A DNA stretch of 64,000 bases from Candidatus Gastranaerophilales bacterium (GCA_944322725.1 CALUPU010000007.1:8601-72600), one strand, 5' to 3'; shown: positions 26,181 through 36,278, counted from the stretch's first letter. The notes: generated by a model not told the origin, from the sequence alone. Numbers and translations: made by a program.

Positions 26181-26248
26181 TTATTATCACCCCTTTTATA
26201 CGCTTATTTTCTCACATCATAGGGTTTGAGACAATAAAATGTAAAAAT

Positions 26249-27478
26249 TTATTCATATCTCAAAGCTTCGATAGGATTGAGCAAAGATGCTTTGTATGCC
26301 GGGTAGTAGCCGAAGAGCATACCGACAAGTCCGGAAAAGCCGAAAGATATTAAAACCGGTACAGGAGAAATTATTACAGTCATATCAGAAAACAGGTCTA
26401 CTATTTTTGAACCGGCAATACCGATGAAAACACCGATTAGCCCTCCTATTAACGATAAAAGCAGGGCTTCTACAAGAAACTGGATTCTTATATCCATTGC
26501 AGTAGCACCGATTGCCATACGTATGCCGATTTCTTTTGTACGTTCAGTTACGGATACAAGCATAATATTCATAATCCCGATTCCGCCTACGAGCAGTGAT
26601 ACTGAAGCTATGGAACCAAGCAGTAATGCCATTGTGTTGGATGCCTGTTTGGCTGTTTCCAGCATCTGTGTAAAGTTTCTTATTGTGAAATCATCGTCTT
26701 TATTTTTACCGAGGTTATGGCGTTCTCTTAAGAGTTCTGTTATTTCTGCCTGTGCTGATTCAAGACTTTCCTCATCTTTTGCCTGAACGCTTATATGTTT
26801 TACCATACCGGGGAAGTCTGTACCGAACAGTTTTTTCTGTGCTGTTGTAATGGGAATCAAAACGGTATCGTCCTGATCCTGCCCCATTCCGTTTTGACCT
26901 TTTGATTTTAAAATACCTATTACTTTAAAAGGCATACCGCCTATACGGATGGTTTTGTTAATAGGATCCATGTCACCAAACAGGTTTGTCGTAACTGTTG
27001 AGCCTAAAACCGCTACTTTAGTAGTGTTTTTAAGGTCATCCTGTGAAATACTTCTACCATCTTCAATTTCCCACATACGTATGGGCATATACCCGGGCGT
27101 TATGCCGTTTACGGTGGTAGACCAGTTCTGGTTGGAATAAACAAGCTGCTGCACCTGCCCTACTGTAGGTGCTACTTCTAACACGGAAGGACATCGTTTA
27201 AGCATTGCTTCTGAGTCTTTTATTGTAAGTGTCGGCTGTGTGCCGCTGCCCATTCTCACCCCGCTTGAGGTAGTAGAGCCGGAAAGCACCATCAAAAGGT
27301 TTGAACCCATTGATGAAATTTCTTTATTAATTCTTTCTTTTGCTCCTTCTCCTATGGAAAGCATAATAATAACCGCGCTAACACCAATAATTATGCCAAG
27401 GCTTGTTAAAATAGAGCGCATTTTGTTAATGTAAAGCGAACGAAGAGATATTTTAAAGGTAGATTCAAAATCAATCAC
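26249..27478 (-). CDS. ABC transporter permease, MacB/FtsX-like
   Basis: N-terminal TM, a large periplasmic domain, then a C-terminal FtsX-type three-helix bundle (ERTKEIGIRMAIGA). Overlaps the ATPase gene by 4 nt. Confidence 0.85.
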   Translation of the reverse strand: MIDFESTFKISLRSLYINKMRSILTSLGIIIGVSAVIIMLSIGEGAKERINKEISSMGSNLLMVLSGSTTSSGVRMGSGTQPTLTIKDSEAMLKRCPSVLEVAPTVGQVQQLVYSNQNWSTTVNGITPGYMPIRMWEIEDGRSISQDDLKNTTKVAVLGSTVTTNLFGDMDPINKTIRIGGMPFKVIGILKSKGQNGMGQDQDDTVLIPITTAQKKLFGTDFPGMVKHISVQAKDEESLESAQAEITELLRERHNLGKNKDDDFTIRNFTQMLETAKQASNTMALLLGSIASVSLLVGGIGIMNIMLVSVTERTKEIGIRMAIGATAMDIRIQFLVEALLLSLIGGLIGVFIGIAGSKIVDLFSDMTVIISPVPVLISFGFSGLVGMLFGYYPAYKASLLNPIEALRYE

Positions 27479-28212
27479 AGTATTCCCTCCGAATTAACTT
27501 TATCCAGTGAGTCGAGCCCTTTTTGATATGAATTTTTTTCATCCGAAATAATTTGTCCATCTTTAAATCTGACGATTCTTTTGCAGTATTCCGCTATATC
27601 AGGCTCGTGAGTAACCAGAATTATAGTTTTGTTTGCAACTGCATTAAGTTTTACAAAAAATTCCATTACTTCGATAGATGTTTTTGTATCAAGGTTGCCT
27701 GTCGGCTCGTCAGCAAGTATTATTGGTGCATCGTTTACAATAGCTCTTGCTATAGCCACACGCTGCTGCTGACCGCCTGACATTTGATTCGGCATATGGC
27801 TTTCCCTTTTTTCAAGTCCCACAATTTTTAAGGCTGCTTTTGCCCTTTTTATGCGTTCTTCCGGCTCTATACCTTTGTAAATCATCGGCATTTCAACATT
27901 TTCGAGCGCGGAAGTTCTTGATATAAGATTGAAACCCTGAAAAACAAATCCGAGTTTCCTGTTACGTATAGCAGAAAGTTCATCCATTGACATTTTGCTT
28001 ACGTCAATCCCGTCTAAAAAATATGAACCGGATGTAGGCTTATCAAGGCAGCCCAGCATATTCATAAATGTAGATTTTCCTGAACCAGATGCACCCATAA
28101 TCGCAACAAATTCGCCATGTTTTATGTTCAGAGAAACACCGTCCAGTGCGTTGAACGATGTATCACCTGTTGCATATGTTTTTATCAAGTTTTTAATTAC
28201 TATTAAATCCAT
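27475..28212 (-). CDS. ABC transporter ATP-binding protein (MacB/LolD-like)
   Basis: Walker A GASGSGKST, signature MSGGQQQRVAIARA, Walker B ILADEPTG. Confidence 0.9.
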   Translation of the reverse strand: MDLIVIKNLIKTYATGDTSFNALDGVSLNIKHGEFVAIMGASGSGKSTFMNMLGCLDKPTSGSYFLDGIDVSKMSMDELSAIRNRKLGFVFQGFNLISRTSALENVEMPMIYKGIEPEERIKRAKAALKIVGLEKRESHMPNQMSGGQQQRVAIARAIVNDAPIILADEPTGNLDTKTSIEVMEFFVKLNAVANKTIILVTHEPDIAEYCKRIVRFKDGQIISDEKNSYQKGLDSLDKVNSEGIL

Positions 28213-28258
28213 AAATATGCATTCCTTATCATTTTATTGGAGATGTTCGTTTGGATTT

Positions 28259-29425
28259 TTAGAACATTCTCATTGGAGGACGTCTTGTTGCCGTTGTTGT
28301 ATTTTTGTCTCCTTTTTTGCTCATTATGACTCTGTCATTTTCTTTTAAGTCTTTTGATATAATTTCTGTTTTGTCTGAATCTTTTGCACCCGTTGAAATG
28401 CTTATACGTACAGGTTTGTTGTCTCTTAATATCCACAAGCCCTGTTCTTTATATTTTTTACCTCCTGTTATTTCTTTAGGAGTAAATTTGAGTGCGTCAG
28501 TAGGTACGCAGATAACATTTTCACTTTTATTTGTGATTATAGATGCATTTGCTGTCATACCGGGAATCATTTTCTGGTCTTTGTTATTAACATCAACAAT
28601 CACTGTATATGTTACAACGTTAGAAACCGTTGTGGGGGCAATACGTACCTCTGTTACTTTGCCGTGAAATACAGAATCTGCATAGCCGTCCAGTGTATAT
28701 TCTACTTCCTGACCTTTTTTGATTTTTCCTATGTCGGCTTCTGATACGTTTACTTCAATCTGCATGTTCGTTAAATCCTGTGCAACCTGAAATAAGGTAG
28801 GTGTCTGGAAGCTTGCTGCAACAGTCTGACCTACATCAACCGCACGCGATACAACTATGCCGTCAACAGGTGAAACAATTCTTGTATATTTTAAATTTGT
28901 CAGATTGTTGTTTAATGTTGCCTGTGCCTGATTGATTGTTCCCTGTGCTGCTGCAAGCTGTGCCACATCTGATTTGTAGGTTGCCTCTGCAAGGTCAAGG
29001 TCGCTTTTTGCTACATAATTTTTTGCGTAAAGCCTTTTATATCTTTCGTAATTTTTTTTGTCATAAACAAGCATTGCTTGAATTTTTGCCTTGTTGGAGC
29101 GTGCTGCTTCAAGGTCTCCTCTTGCTTTGTCTACCTGTGCCTGAAATAAAGAAGGGTCAATTTGTGCCAGCAGCTGCCCTTTTGTAACTTTGGAGTTGTA
29201 ATCTACGTATATGTCTTTAATCATACCTGATACCTGAGAACCGATATCAACAGTATTAACCGGATTTACCGTGCCCGAGGCTTCTACAGCTTCTGTTATT
29301 GTACAGACTCTGGCAGGTACTGTGTTGTAGCCCGAATCTCTGTGCTTGTTAAAATAAAACGCAAATCCGCTGACAAAAAGGACTGCAATAAGTGTAGACA
29401 CTGATATAATTATACGTTTTTTCAT
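28259..29425 (-). CDS. efflux periplasmic adaptor (membrane fusion protein, HlyD/MacA-like)
   Basis: N-terminal anchor, a coiled-coil hairpin region (LEAARSNKAKIQ..DLAEATYKSDVAQLAAAQ), and beta-barrel segments (IVSPVDGIVV). Confidence 0.85.
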   Translation of the reverse strand: MKKRIIISVSTLIAVLFVSGFAFYFNKHRDSGYNTVPARVCTITEAVEASGTVNPVNTVDIGSQVSGMIKDIYVDYNSKVTKGQLLAQIDPSLFQAQVDKARGDLEAARSNKAKIQAMLVYDKKNYERYKRLYAKNYVAKSDLDLAEATYKSDVAQLAAAQGTINQAQATLNNNLTNLKYTRIVSPVDGIVVSRAVDVGQTVAASFQTPTLFQVAQDLTNMQIEVNVSEADIGKIKKGQEVEYTLDGYADSVFHGKVTEVRIAPTTVSNVVTYTVIVDVNNKDQKMIPGMTANASIITNKSENVICVPTDALKFTPKEITGGKKYKEQGLWILRDNKPVRISISTGAKDSDKTEIISKDLKENDRVIMSKKGDKNTTTATRRPPMRMF

Positions 29426-31056
29426 CGTACCCCCATTGATTTTTGGAACTGTTCTTTTGCTACGTTGTAGTCAAAGACTGCCTGAACGAATGCAAGCTGT
29501 GCATTGTTATAGTTTGTTTGAGCCTGCTGCAATTCTATAAAATTACCCAGCCCCACGGTGTATCTTCCGTCTGCAAGTTCGAAATTTTCCAGTGTTTGCT
29601 GTACTTTTTCAGCCATTTTGGGAATTTTTCTTTGCAGAACAACCATATTTATATAATTGTTTTGTACTTCAAAATAAATATTCTTTTTTGATAAATTTAT
29701 GTTTTCTCGTGCAATATCAAGGTACTGATGACCTTGATCCACGTTATATTTTACACCCATTATATTTAATGTTGGCAGGCTGGCATTTACTCCGATGTTC
29801 ATACCTGTATTTGCAACTTCACTGTTTCTTCTGTAATTGTAGCCTGCACTGAGGCTTATTACAGGCATGTACTGCCTTCTTATTACTTTTAAAGATTCTT
29901 CCTGTACTTTTTCAACCATTAATAGGGACTTTAAGTCGGGACGGTTTTCATAAGCTTTTTCTATTGCTTCATTAACCGGAAGTATAAGAGGCTTAAATTT
30001 GTAATCCTGTAATATATCCTGTTTTTCAATACCGGAAGTGAGCAGGGTTGTTTGTTCGTATTCATTATCGCCGCTTTTTGCAGGTACATAAGATATGTTT
30101 ACTGTTTCACTTGATGTTTCTGTTCTCTTAAAATTAAAACTTTCCGTGTTTTTTATATTGTATTCAGGAGCGTCTGTCAGATACATTGCGTTGTTTAAGT
30201 TTATTATTGCAGCATCGTATTTTCCCTGTGCATCAATAAGAGAAACTTCTGCGTCCGTCAAATATACCTGTGCGTTGACAACATCAATTTTTGATTTTAA
30301 TCCTTCTTGAAAAAGCGCATTGGTTCTGTCGTAATTAAGTTTGTTAATTCTGACGGAGCGTTCATATACATCCTGATTTGCAAGTGCGGCAAGAGCCTTA
30401 AAATAAGCAAGTTTTACATTGTACACGGTATTGAGAATCGTGTTTTCCAGATCATATCCGACAGATTCTTTATTGTATTTTTGCATATTTATGTTGGCAA
30501 CAGTTTTGCCAAAATCCCATATAAGCTGGTTTATACCGAGATTCAGCTGATAATAGTTGTTGCTTTTTGATGTACTGCCGCCCTGATTATAGAAGCCTCC
30601 GCCTGAGCCCGAGTTTCTGTTCTGCTGAGAGGTAAAGCCTGTGCTTGCAGTAAGATTTGGAAAATATCCTGATTTTGCTATGCCCAGTTGTGAATGCGCA
30701 ATTCCTTTTTGTGTTGTATAGATTTTTATGTTCGGGTCGTTTTTCAATGCTATGTTTATACAATCATCGAGTGAATATTCAATAAATTCATTTTTTTCTG
30801 CTTTAATTTGTACTGCCGGAGTATCCTGTTTTTGTTCAATTTGTTCTTTTTTATTCTTTTTAAAAGGCAGTGAAAACGCATTGGCAGCAGGACACATACC
30901 TGTTATACAAAAACAGATAAGTATAAGTGATGATGTTATTTTTTTACAAAAATATGTGCTCAAAGCGAAAAACCTTCTATTTACTGAATATTCTATAAAA
31001 TAAGCCGATGTTTTAAATCCTCTTATTATCTTAATTTTCTTAATTGTCAAAATCAT
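29422..31056 (-). CDS. TolC-like outer membrane efflux protein
   Basis: Two repeats of the OEP coiled-coil/beta pattern, ending in ..YNVAKEQFQKSMG. The longest ORF probably over-extends. A TTG at 30963 would give MSTYFCKKITSSLILICF.., a signal-like N-terminus. Confidence 0.8.
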   Translation of the reverse strand: MILTIKKIKIIRGFKTSAYFIEYSVNRRFFALSTYFCKKITSSLILICFCITGMCPAANAFSLPFKKNKKEQIEQKQDTPAVQIKAEKNEFIEYSLDDCINIALKNDPNIKIYTTQKGIAHSQLGIAKSGYFPNLTASTGFTSQQNRNSGSGGGFYNQGGSTSKSNNYYQLNLGINQLIWDFGKTVANINMQKYNKESVGYDLENTILNTVYNVKLAYFKALAALANQDVYERSVRINKLNYDRTNALFQEGLKSKIDVVNAQVYLTDAEVSLIDAQGKYDAAIINLNNAMYLTDAPEYNIKNTESFNFKRTETSSETVNISYVPAKSGDNEYEQTTLLTSGIEKQDILQDYKFKPLILPVNEAIEKAYENRPDLKSLLMVEKVQEESLKVIRRQYMPVISLSAGYNYRRNSEVANTGMNIGVNASLPTLNIMGVKYNVDQGHQYLDIARENINLSKKNIYFEVQNNYINMVVLQRKIPKMAEKVQQTLENFELADGRYTVGLGNFIELQQAQTNYNNAQLAFVQAVFDYNVAKEQFQKSMGVR

Positions 31057-31225
31057 TAGCCCGGCAGGGCTATTTAAAAGAGTTATATAATAATAAATCT
31101 TTTATATAAAAATAAACGATTAATTTTTATATTTGTTCATTAAGTTATAAATTTTGTAAAATTTTTTAGGATGTAAACGTGAAAAAAATTTTTTATGTGT
31201 TTTCATATAGAAAAAGGATTCTTTT

Positions 31226-31723
31226 ATGTTTACTGTATCTATGCACGCATTAGTGAAGAAAAAAGCTGTATTCAATCCTGCATTTAAAGGGGATATGAAT
31301 ACTGTTCGTTATGTTATTGTTGATGGTCACGTTACAGACGACAAAAAAGTTATGGAAGATGTTACAAAACAACTTGTTAAGTCATTAAGATACTGCAACG
31401 AAGACAATGTAGAATTAAGACGCTCCGTGAAAAAAGCAATTCCTGAATATTACTGGCTTAACGGATATCAAGAAACAAAATTTTTAAAACTTAATATGCT
31501 GGGTAAGGAGTTTAATATAATCGTTGGTAATTCTGCGCAGAAGTTGAAATTTATATGGGAGCAGGCAGGAGTTTCTCTTGCAGAGAAAAAAAGACAGGCA
31601 TCAGATGTGGTAAAAAGACTTATCTATGACAAGACCTCCAAACACATTGCAATAAATGCAGTCTCAGAAACAATAAAAGGTAAAGTCAAATATATTATAA
31701 AAAATATATTTGTTACCATATAG
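31226..31723 (+). CDS. hypothetical protein (165 aa)
   Basis: ORF with an AAGGA RBS and no recognised domain. Confidence 0.5.
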   Translation: MFTVSMHALVKKKAVFNPAFKGDMNTVRYVIVDGHVTDDKKVMEDVTKQLVKSLRYCNEDNVELRRSVKKAIPEYYWLNGYQETKFLKLNMLGKEFNIIVGNSAQKLKFIWEQAGVSLAEKKRQASDVVKRLIYDKTSKHIAINAVSETIKGKVKYIIKNIFVTI

Positions 31724-31734
31724 AAGAAAAAACT

Positions 31735-32310
31735 TTATTCGGAAGGAATTTGATTGATAACACTTCTTTTTGCAATGGGTTTTCCTTTTGCATTATATCC
31801 GGTATTGCCTACCCAGTGGGCTTTTAGCTTGCCGTTTTTTGTATAAGCATATTGTTCATCTTCTGATATATAAAGACCTATGGAAATTAAATTTCCTGTC
31901 AATGCACTATATTTACCGATTTTGTAGGGGTATTGACCTTCTTTGTGCTTTGTATCAACATCTATGGCAACAAGAGTCCCTCCTGCTGCGTAATAATATG
32001 CATAATCAGGCTTGTCTTCATAAACCACAACATAACCCTTTACGATTCCTTTTAGCATTTCAAAGGACATAAGATACCTGCCTTCGGGTTCTGTATTATT
32101 TTTCAGGGCAAGCAGATTCTCTTTGTTGTTTTCATCATAAAGATATGGTTTTATGTGTTTTTTATCAAGTTTTAATTCTAGCCCATCAAAAGCAAGTTTA
32201 CGAGCAGATTCCACCGTAAATGCAACGCTCCCTCTAAGAACGGTTTCCTCTGCAATGCAGGGAAGAGATATATTAAGTAACAAAAATAATATTATGATTA
32301 TTTTTTTCAT
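31735..32310 (-). CDS. hypothetical secreted protein (191 aa)
   Basis: Clear signal peptide MKKIIIILFLLLNISLPCIA. Tyr/Gly-rich beta-type sequence. No recognised family. Confidence 0.55.
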   Translation of the reverse strand: MKKIIIILFLLLNISLPCIAEETVLRGSVAFTVESARKLAFDGLELKLDKKHIKPYLYDENNKENLLALKNNTEPEGRYLMSFEMLKGIVKGYVVVYEDKPDYAYYYAAGGTLVAIDVDTKHKEGQYPYKIGKYSALTGNLISIGLYISEDEQYAYTKNGKLKAHWVGNTGYNAKGKPIAKRSVINQIPSE

Positions 32311-32312
32311 TT

Positions 32313-33767
32313 TTACACCAATACTTCTTTAAAAAATTTTCTTGTGGAATAAAACAGTGTGTAATAAAACAAAAGTAAAATATTTATCTGCAAAAGCGGA
32401 AGAACCGAAGAATTTTTTAATACATACCACAGCACTGCTGCCAGTATAAAACAAACAGCAATATGCAAAATTCTTTTGAATGGAATTTTCCACTCGAGAT
32501 TAGGTATAACAACAATAACTGTCAATATGAAATATAAAAGATTTGAACACAGAGTTGCTATGCCGACTCCAATAAGCCCGTAATTTTTTATTAACAGAAT
32601 GTTCAAAACCAGTCCGATAACGGCAGAAATCACTTTCAGCGTTGTAAGTATGTAAGTCTTGTTTGCAAGATGGTACTGGTAGGTTGTATAATCGGTAAAA
32701 CTCAAAAAGAATGCACTAAATGCAAAATAAGGCAGCAGCACAGCTGCATTTCCATAACTGCGGCTGGCAAAGATATTAATAATGTCTTGTGCATAAAGAC
32801 TCATTATTGTCACAACCGGCAGCGATATTAACATATAATAACCTGTAAGCTTTGATATAACGGGACGTACATCAATTTTATCTTCAAAAAGATTTATGAT
32901 TCGGGGATATGCAGCAATTGTAATGATTGCAAACAGTGTCATAAGAATAGGAAAAGTCATATTATATGCCGCACCGACAAGACCTGCATCACTCAAGCCG
33001 TGATAATGAGTCGTGATAAACTTGTTGCTCTGGTTAATTACCCAGAGGCTTATCGCTGCAACTGCAATCGGTATACCGTAAATGAATATGGACTTAAGCA
33101 TTTTAAGGTTCGGCAGTTCCGAGCGCAAAAAGCCGAGAATATTTGTCTGAAAAATTAATATTATATCTATAATCGTTATGGAAACAGCCATTGCAATCAG
33201 TATAGATGCAGCACCCAGATTGAAGAATTTTAATATTAAAACAGCAATACCTATTGTTAAAATCTGATTTATAATTGTGGAAACAGTAAACGCACCCGGC
33301 TTTATCTGTGCTCTTAATACCTGAAACAACAGTGCTCTTATTGCAACAGGAATAATTAGAATCAGCAGGAACATAAATATTTTAGGCGGAATGTTGAAAT
33401 ATTCATAGAACTTGTTCTTGAAAATAAAGCATAACAAATACATTACACAAAGGTTGGAAACAAGTATCATGACAAGAGTGGAAAGATATTTAGGTATCCT
33501 GTCACACAGCTGATTCTGCCTGAAAAATCTTAAGCCCGCAAGCCCTATCCAATCTGAAAACAATATACACAAAAAACTCAATACAGCGAGAGAGATTGCA
33601 TAGATTCCATACTGCGAAGGAGACAAAAGATGTGTGTATATTGGGACTATTAATGCATTGCCCAGCAAGCCGAAAATCTTAGACGGTGCATATTTAAGCA
33701 TATCTTTGAAGATGTGCTTCATAGGAATTGCGACTTCTTGTATATATTTGTCAATTTCCTTTGTCAT
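32313..33767 (-). CDS. polysaccharide/oligosaccharide flippase (MOP superfamily, Wzx-like)
   Basis: 484 aa with about 12-14 hydrophobic helices. N-terminal KYAPSKIFGLLGNALIVPIYTHLLSPSQYGIY is typical of the polysaccharide-biosynthesis-protein family. Confidence 0.75.
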   Translation of the reverse strand: MTKEIDKYIQEVAIPMKHIFKDMLKYAPSKIFGLLGNALIVPIYTHLLSPSQYGIYAISLAVLSFLCILFSDWIGLAGLRFFRQNQLCDRIPKYLSTLVMILVSNLCVMYLLCFIFKNKFYEYFNIPPKIFMFLLILIIPVAIRALLFQVLRAQIKPGAFTVSTIINQILTIGIAVLILKFFNLGAASILIAMAVSITIIDIILIFQTNILGFLRSELPNLKMLKSIFIYGIPIAVAAISLWVINQSNKFITTHYHGLSDAGLVGAAYNMTFPILMTLFAIITIAAYPRIINLFEDKIDVRPVISKLTGYYMLISLPVVTIMSLYAQDIINIFASRSYGNAAVLLPYFAFSAFFLSFTDYTTYQYHLANKTYILTTLKVISAVIGLVLNILLIKNYGLIGVGIATLCSNLLYFILTVIVVIPNLEWKIPFKRILHIAVCFILAAVLWYVLKNSSVLPLLQINILLLFYYTLFYSTRKFFKEVLV

Positions 33768-33842
33768 TACCGCAAATTATATCATATAATAAATCCTCCT
33801 GATAAACCTTTACTAAATTTTAAAATTCATTATTATAAAATT

Positions 33843-34406
33843 ATGAAAAGAATTGCATTATTATTTATGAGTTTGTTTTTTGTCTCCGGATGTCAGTGTT
33901 TTGCAGATGATGCGGATTTTTGGGATGAACCGATGAAAATAGATTCCGCTGCAAAAAGCCAGCAAAAAGCTGTTACTGATCAGGAATTTGAAAAAGTCTT
34001 GAAAATGTTTAAAAAGAAGAAAAAGGATAAAAAGGCACCGGAGGGCAGTCCGATAGGTCCGCAGATTCAAGAAAACCAGACTCCTGCTGATGCAAATGCC
34101 TTCAAAGTCACATATGAGGAGTATCCTACAGTGATGATTCCGGTCACGCTTTTGACAGGTGATTCTGCAGAGATTCCGCCGGGGTATTACAGGATACTTT
34201 CTGTAAAAAAAGACCATGGATATTTTTTGAATTTTTATCAGGGAAATTCGCTTGTAGCAAAAGTTCCTGCTGTTAATACAGGGAATGACCATAACCAGAA
34301 ATCACTGAATTATGCAAAAGTTATACCCGTAAACGATACTTTAATGAACGTGATATACGGTGACATTGATTGTAATATCGAAGCAAGATTGGATATTAAG
34401 CAGTAG
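33843..34406 (+). CDS. hypothetical lipoprotein (187 aa)
   Basis: Start set at the internal ATG, giving MKRIALLFMSLFFVSGCQ with lipobox-like VSGC. The longest ORF (33714) would overlap the divergent flippase gene. Confidence 0.55.
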   Translation: MKRIALLFMSLFFVSGCQCFADDADFWDEPMKIDSAAKSQQKAVTDQEFEKVLKMFKKKKKDKKAPEGSPIGPQIQENQTPADANAFKVTYEEYPTVMIPVTLLTGDSAEIPPGYYRILSVKKDHGYFLNFYQGNSLVAKVPAVNTGNDHNQKSLNYAKVIPVNDTLMNVIYGDIDCNIEARLDIKQ

Positions 34407-34485
34407 ATTTTACATACATATTGTCTTGAATATAATAACAATCTTTGTTATTATATATACATATATTGTTATTAATGAGGCAATT

Positions 34486-34722
34486 ATGAACATATCTTTA
34501 ACACCGACATTAGAAAAATTTGTGCAGGATAAAGTTGCTTCCGGATTGTATAATTCAGTAAGCGAAGTGATAAGAGAAGCTTTAAGACTTATGGCATCAA
34601 AAGATGTAATTTCACAAGATAGAATTGCACAGTTAAACAAAGATATTGAAGAAGGCTGGAATGACAAGACTATATATACTGGTCAAACTGCAATGGAACA
34701 ATTAATGCAGAAATATGAATAA
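34486..34722 (+). CDS. parD: type II antitoxin, ParD family (ribbon-helix-helix)
   Basis: MNISLTPTLEKFVQDKVASGLYNSVSEVIREALRLM matches the ParD N-terminal pattern. GAGG RBS. Overlaps the toxin start by 8 nt. Confidence 0.8.
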   Translation: MNISLTPTLEKFVQDKVASGLYNSVSEVIREALRLMASKDVISQDRIAQLNKDIEEGWNDKTIYTGQTAMEQLMQKYE

Positions 34723-35017
34723 TTTTGAATTGGAAATAACAAGTAAGGCTTATTCAGATATAGAGGTAATTCTGGATTATATTTCTTCTTATAATAAAGT
34801 AGCTGCACATAAAATGATAAAATATTTATTCAAATCATTTGATTTTTTATGTGCACATCCAAATTTAGGGAAAAATAGACCCGATTTTACATATTTGGAT
34901 GTAAAATTTTATGTTGTTAAGAAACATTATTTAATAGTCTATAGATTAATTGATGACAAAAAACTGAGAATTTTAAGGGTTTTGTCTGCTTATCAAGATA
35001 TATGTTCTCAATTTTAG
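34715..35017 (+). CDS. parE: type II toxin, ParE/RelE family
   Basis: 100 aa with ..AYSDIEVILDYIS..HPNLGKNRPDF..YLIVYRLIDDKKLRILRVL pattern. Coupled to parD. Confidence 0.8.
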   Translation: MNNFELEITSKAYSDIEVILDYISSYNKVAAHKMIKYLFKSFDFLCAHPNLGKNRPDFTYLDVKFYVVKKHYLIVYRLIDDKKLRILRVLSAYQDICSQF

Positions 35018-35066
35018 ATTGAATATTTCTGTTTGAAAATAATCAGCCAGTTTATTGAGCCGTTAG
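35016..35066 (-). pseudogene. 3'-terminal fragment of an XRE-family HTH gene
   Basis: About 50 nt match 36079-36131 (the 3' end of CDS 36057..36278) at roughly 88 percent identity. It would encode RLNKLADYFQTEIFNL (compare RLDKLADYFQTETFNL) and is preceded by an in-frame stop. Confidence 0.6.
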
Positions 35067-35124
35067 GTAATCTACCGAGACATCGACTGCAATATAGAGG
35101 CGGTTGTGCGCATTAAAAATTAGC

Positions 35125-35421
35125 TTATGCAACCTGAACGGTGTAGCCTAATTCTTTTATAATTTTTAATGCAGTAGAAAGCTGCGGCTGTTGTTCTCCT
35201 TTAAAGATTGCATATAGATTGCTTCTTGATATACCTGTCTTTTTTGATATACCGGAAATAGAATCTTTGGCACGAACCGCATATTCCAGTGCTTTTAAAA
35301 AAGCGTTCAGGTCATTGTCTTGCAAAAATTCTTCAAAGCCTATGTTTATCCATTCTTTTATATCTTTGTCAGTTTTTAAGTCATTTAAAATATATTCGTT
35401 AAAGGATTTTGATTTATTCAT
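35125..35421 (-). CDS. higA: HTH antitoxin of the addiction-module antidote type (HigA-like)
   Basis: ..NAFLKALEYAVRAKDSISGISKKTGISRSNLYAIF..PQLSTALKIIKELGY. Start set at the ATG preceded by GGAGG. Overlaps the toxin stop by 8 nt. Confidence 0.78.
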   Translation of the reverse strand: MNKSKSFNEYILNDLKTDKDIKEWINIGFEEFLQDNDLNAFLKALEYAVRAKDSISGISKKTGISRSNLYAIFKGEQQPQLSTALKIIKELGYTVQVA

Positions 35422-35740
35422 TTTTAAGCCTCCAAAGTTCAAGATATTCTTTTGCTTTTTCTATATCTTTAGATTGTCTGGATTTGTCTCCGCCATTGAT
35501 TAATAGAACGATTGTACTATTTTTTTCTGTATAATATACCCTGTAACCTTTGCCAAAGGCGAAGCGTAATTCTGAAATTTCATTTGATAATTTTTTGCAA
35601 TCACCAAAATTGCCATCTTCTATACGCAATATTTTTTGGTTTATACGTTTTCTTGTAACGCTGTCTAATGAGTTTAACCATTCAATCACAGGTGCTTTGC
35701 CATTGGGAAGAATAAGAAATTCAATCTTGTAATGATTCAT
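35414..35740 (-). CDS. higB: addiction-module killer protein, RelE/HigB-like toxin
   Basis: APVIEWLNSLD..RKRINQKILRIEDGNFGDCKKL..ISELRFAFGKGYRVYY..IVLLINGGDKSRQSKDIEKAKEY pattern. Toxin-first gene order. Confidence 0.8.
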   Translation of the reverse strand: MNHYKIEFLILPNGKAPVIEWLNSLDSVTRKRINQKILRIEDGNFGDCKKLSNEISELRFAFGKGYRVYYTEKNSTIVLLINGGDKSRQSKDIEKAKEYLELWRLKNE

Positions 35741-35748
35741 ATTTTTAT

Positions 35749-35766
35749 TGTACTGTGTACAGTACA
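35749..35766. promoter_or_regulatory. inverted-repeat operator candidate upstream of the higBA-like operon
   Basis: Perfect TGTACTGT-gt-ACAGTACA palindrome 9 nt upstream of the toxin start codon. Confidence 0.45.
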
Positions 35767-35821
35767 GTTTGTCAATTCTGTTTAGTGGTGTGGTTATCTA
35801 TATGTTATAAATGGGGTTGAG

Positions 35822-35993
35822 AACAGGGGCTTCGCCCCTGTTGTGGTTTTAATTAGAAACAGTTATGTTTTGAAAAGATTTTGACCACAACTTGTCGTGG
35901 CAAAATCTTTGAAAAAACAGTACTGTTTCTTTTGATAAAGCGAGTTTCTTTCTTTTGGTTCGTTTTCTTTCTTTGCTTCGCAAACAAAGAAAG
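35822..35993. other. hairpin-rich non-coding segment (possible small RNA or repeat element)
   Basis: AACAGGGGC-ttc-GCCCCTGTT (35822-35842). AAAGATTTTG..CCAC..GTGG..CAAAATCTTT (35874-35910). AAACAG-ta-CTGTTT (35915-35928), with alternative long-range AGAAACAG/CTGTTTCT pairing. TTTCTTTCTTTGC-ttc-GCAAACAAAGAAA (35963-35993). No credible ORF. Confidence 0.4.
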
Positions 35994-36056
35994 AAAATGA
36001 ACATTAAATAAAAAAATACTTTTTATTAATCAGGCAAATACACTGAATAGACACTA

Positions 36057-36278
36057 CTAATTTTTGTTATTTTTTAATAGATTAAATGTTTCTGTTTGAA
36101 AATAATCAGCCAGTTTGTCAAGCCTTTCAATTGTAATGTTGATTTTTTGTTTTTCCAGTTTTGAGATATATGAATTTTCAAATCCTAAAGTCAAAGACAA
36201 AGCTTCTCTCGTCAGCTTTGCTTCAGTTCTCAATTTCTTGATATTTTGTGCAAGAATTATTTTAGAATTTTGATTCAT
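36057..36278 (-). CDS. XRE-family HTH transcriptional regulator (73 aa)
   Basis: AQNIKKLRTEAKLTREALSLTLGFENSYISKLEKQKINITIERLDKLADYF is a typical Cro/C1 HTH. Start set at the ATG rather than the upstream TTG. Confidence 0.8.
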   Translation of the reverse strand: MNQNSKIILAQNIKKLRTEAKLTREALSLTLGFENSYISKLEKQKINITIERLDKLADYFQTETFNLLKNNKN

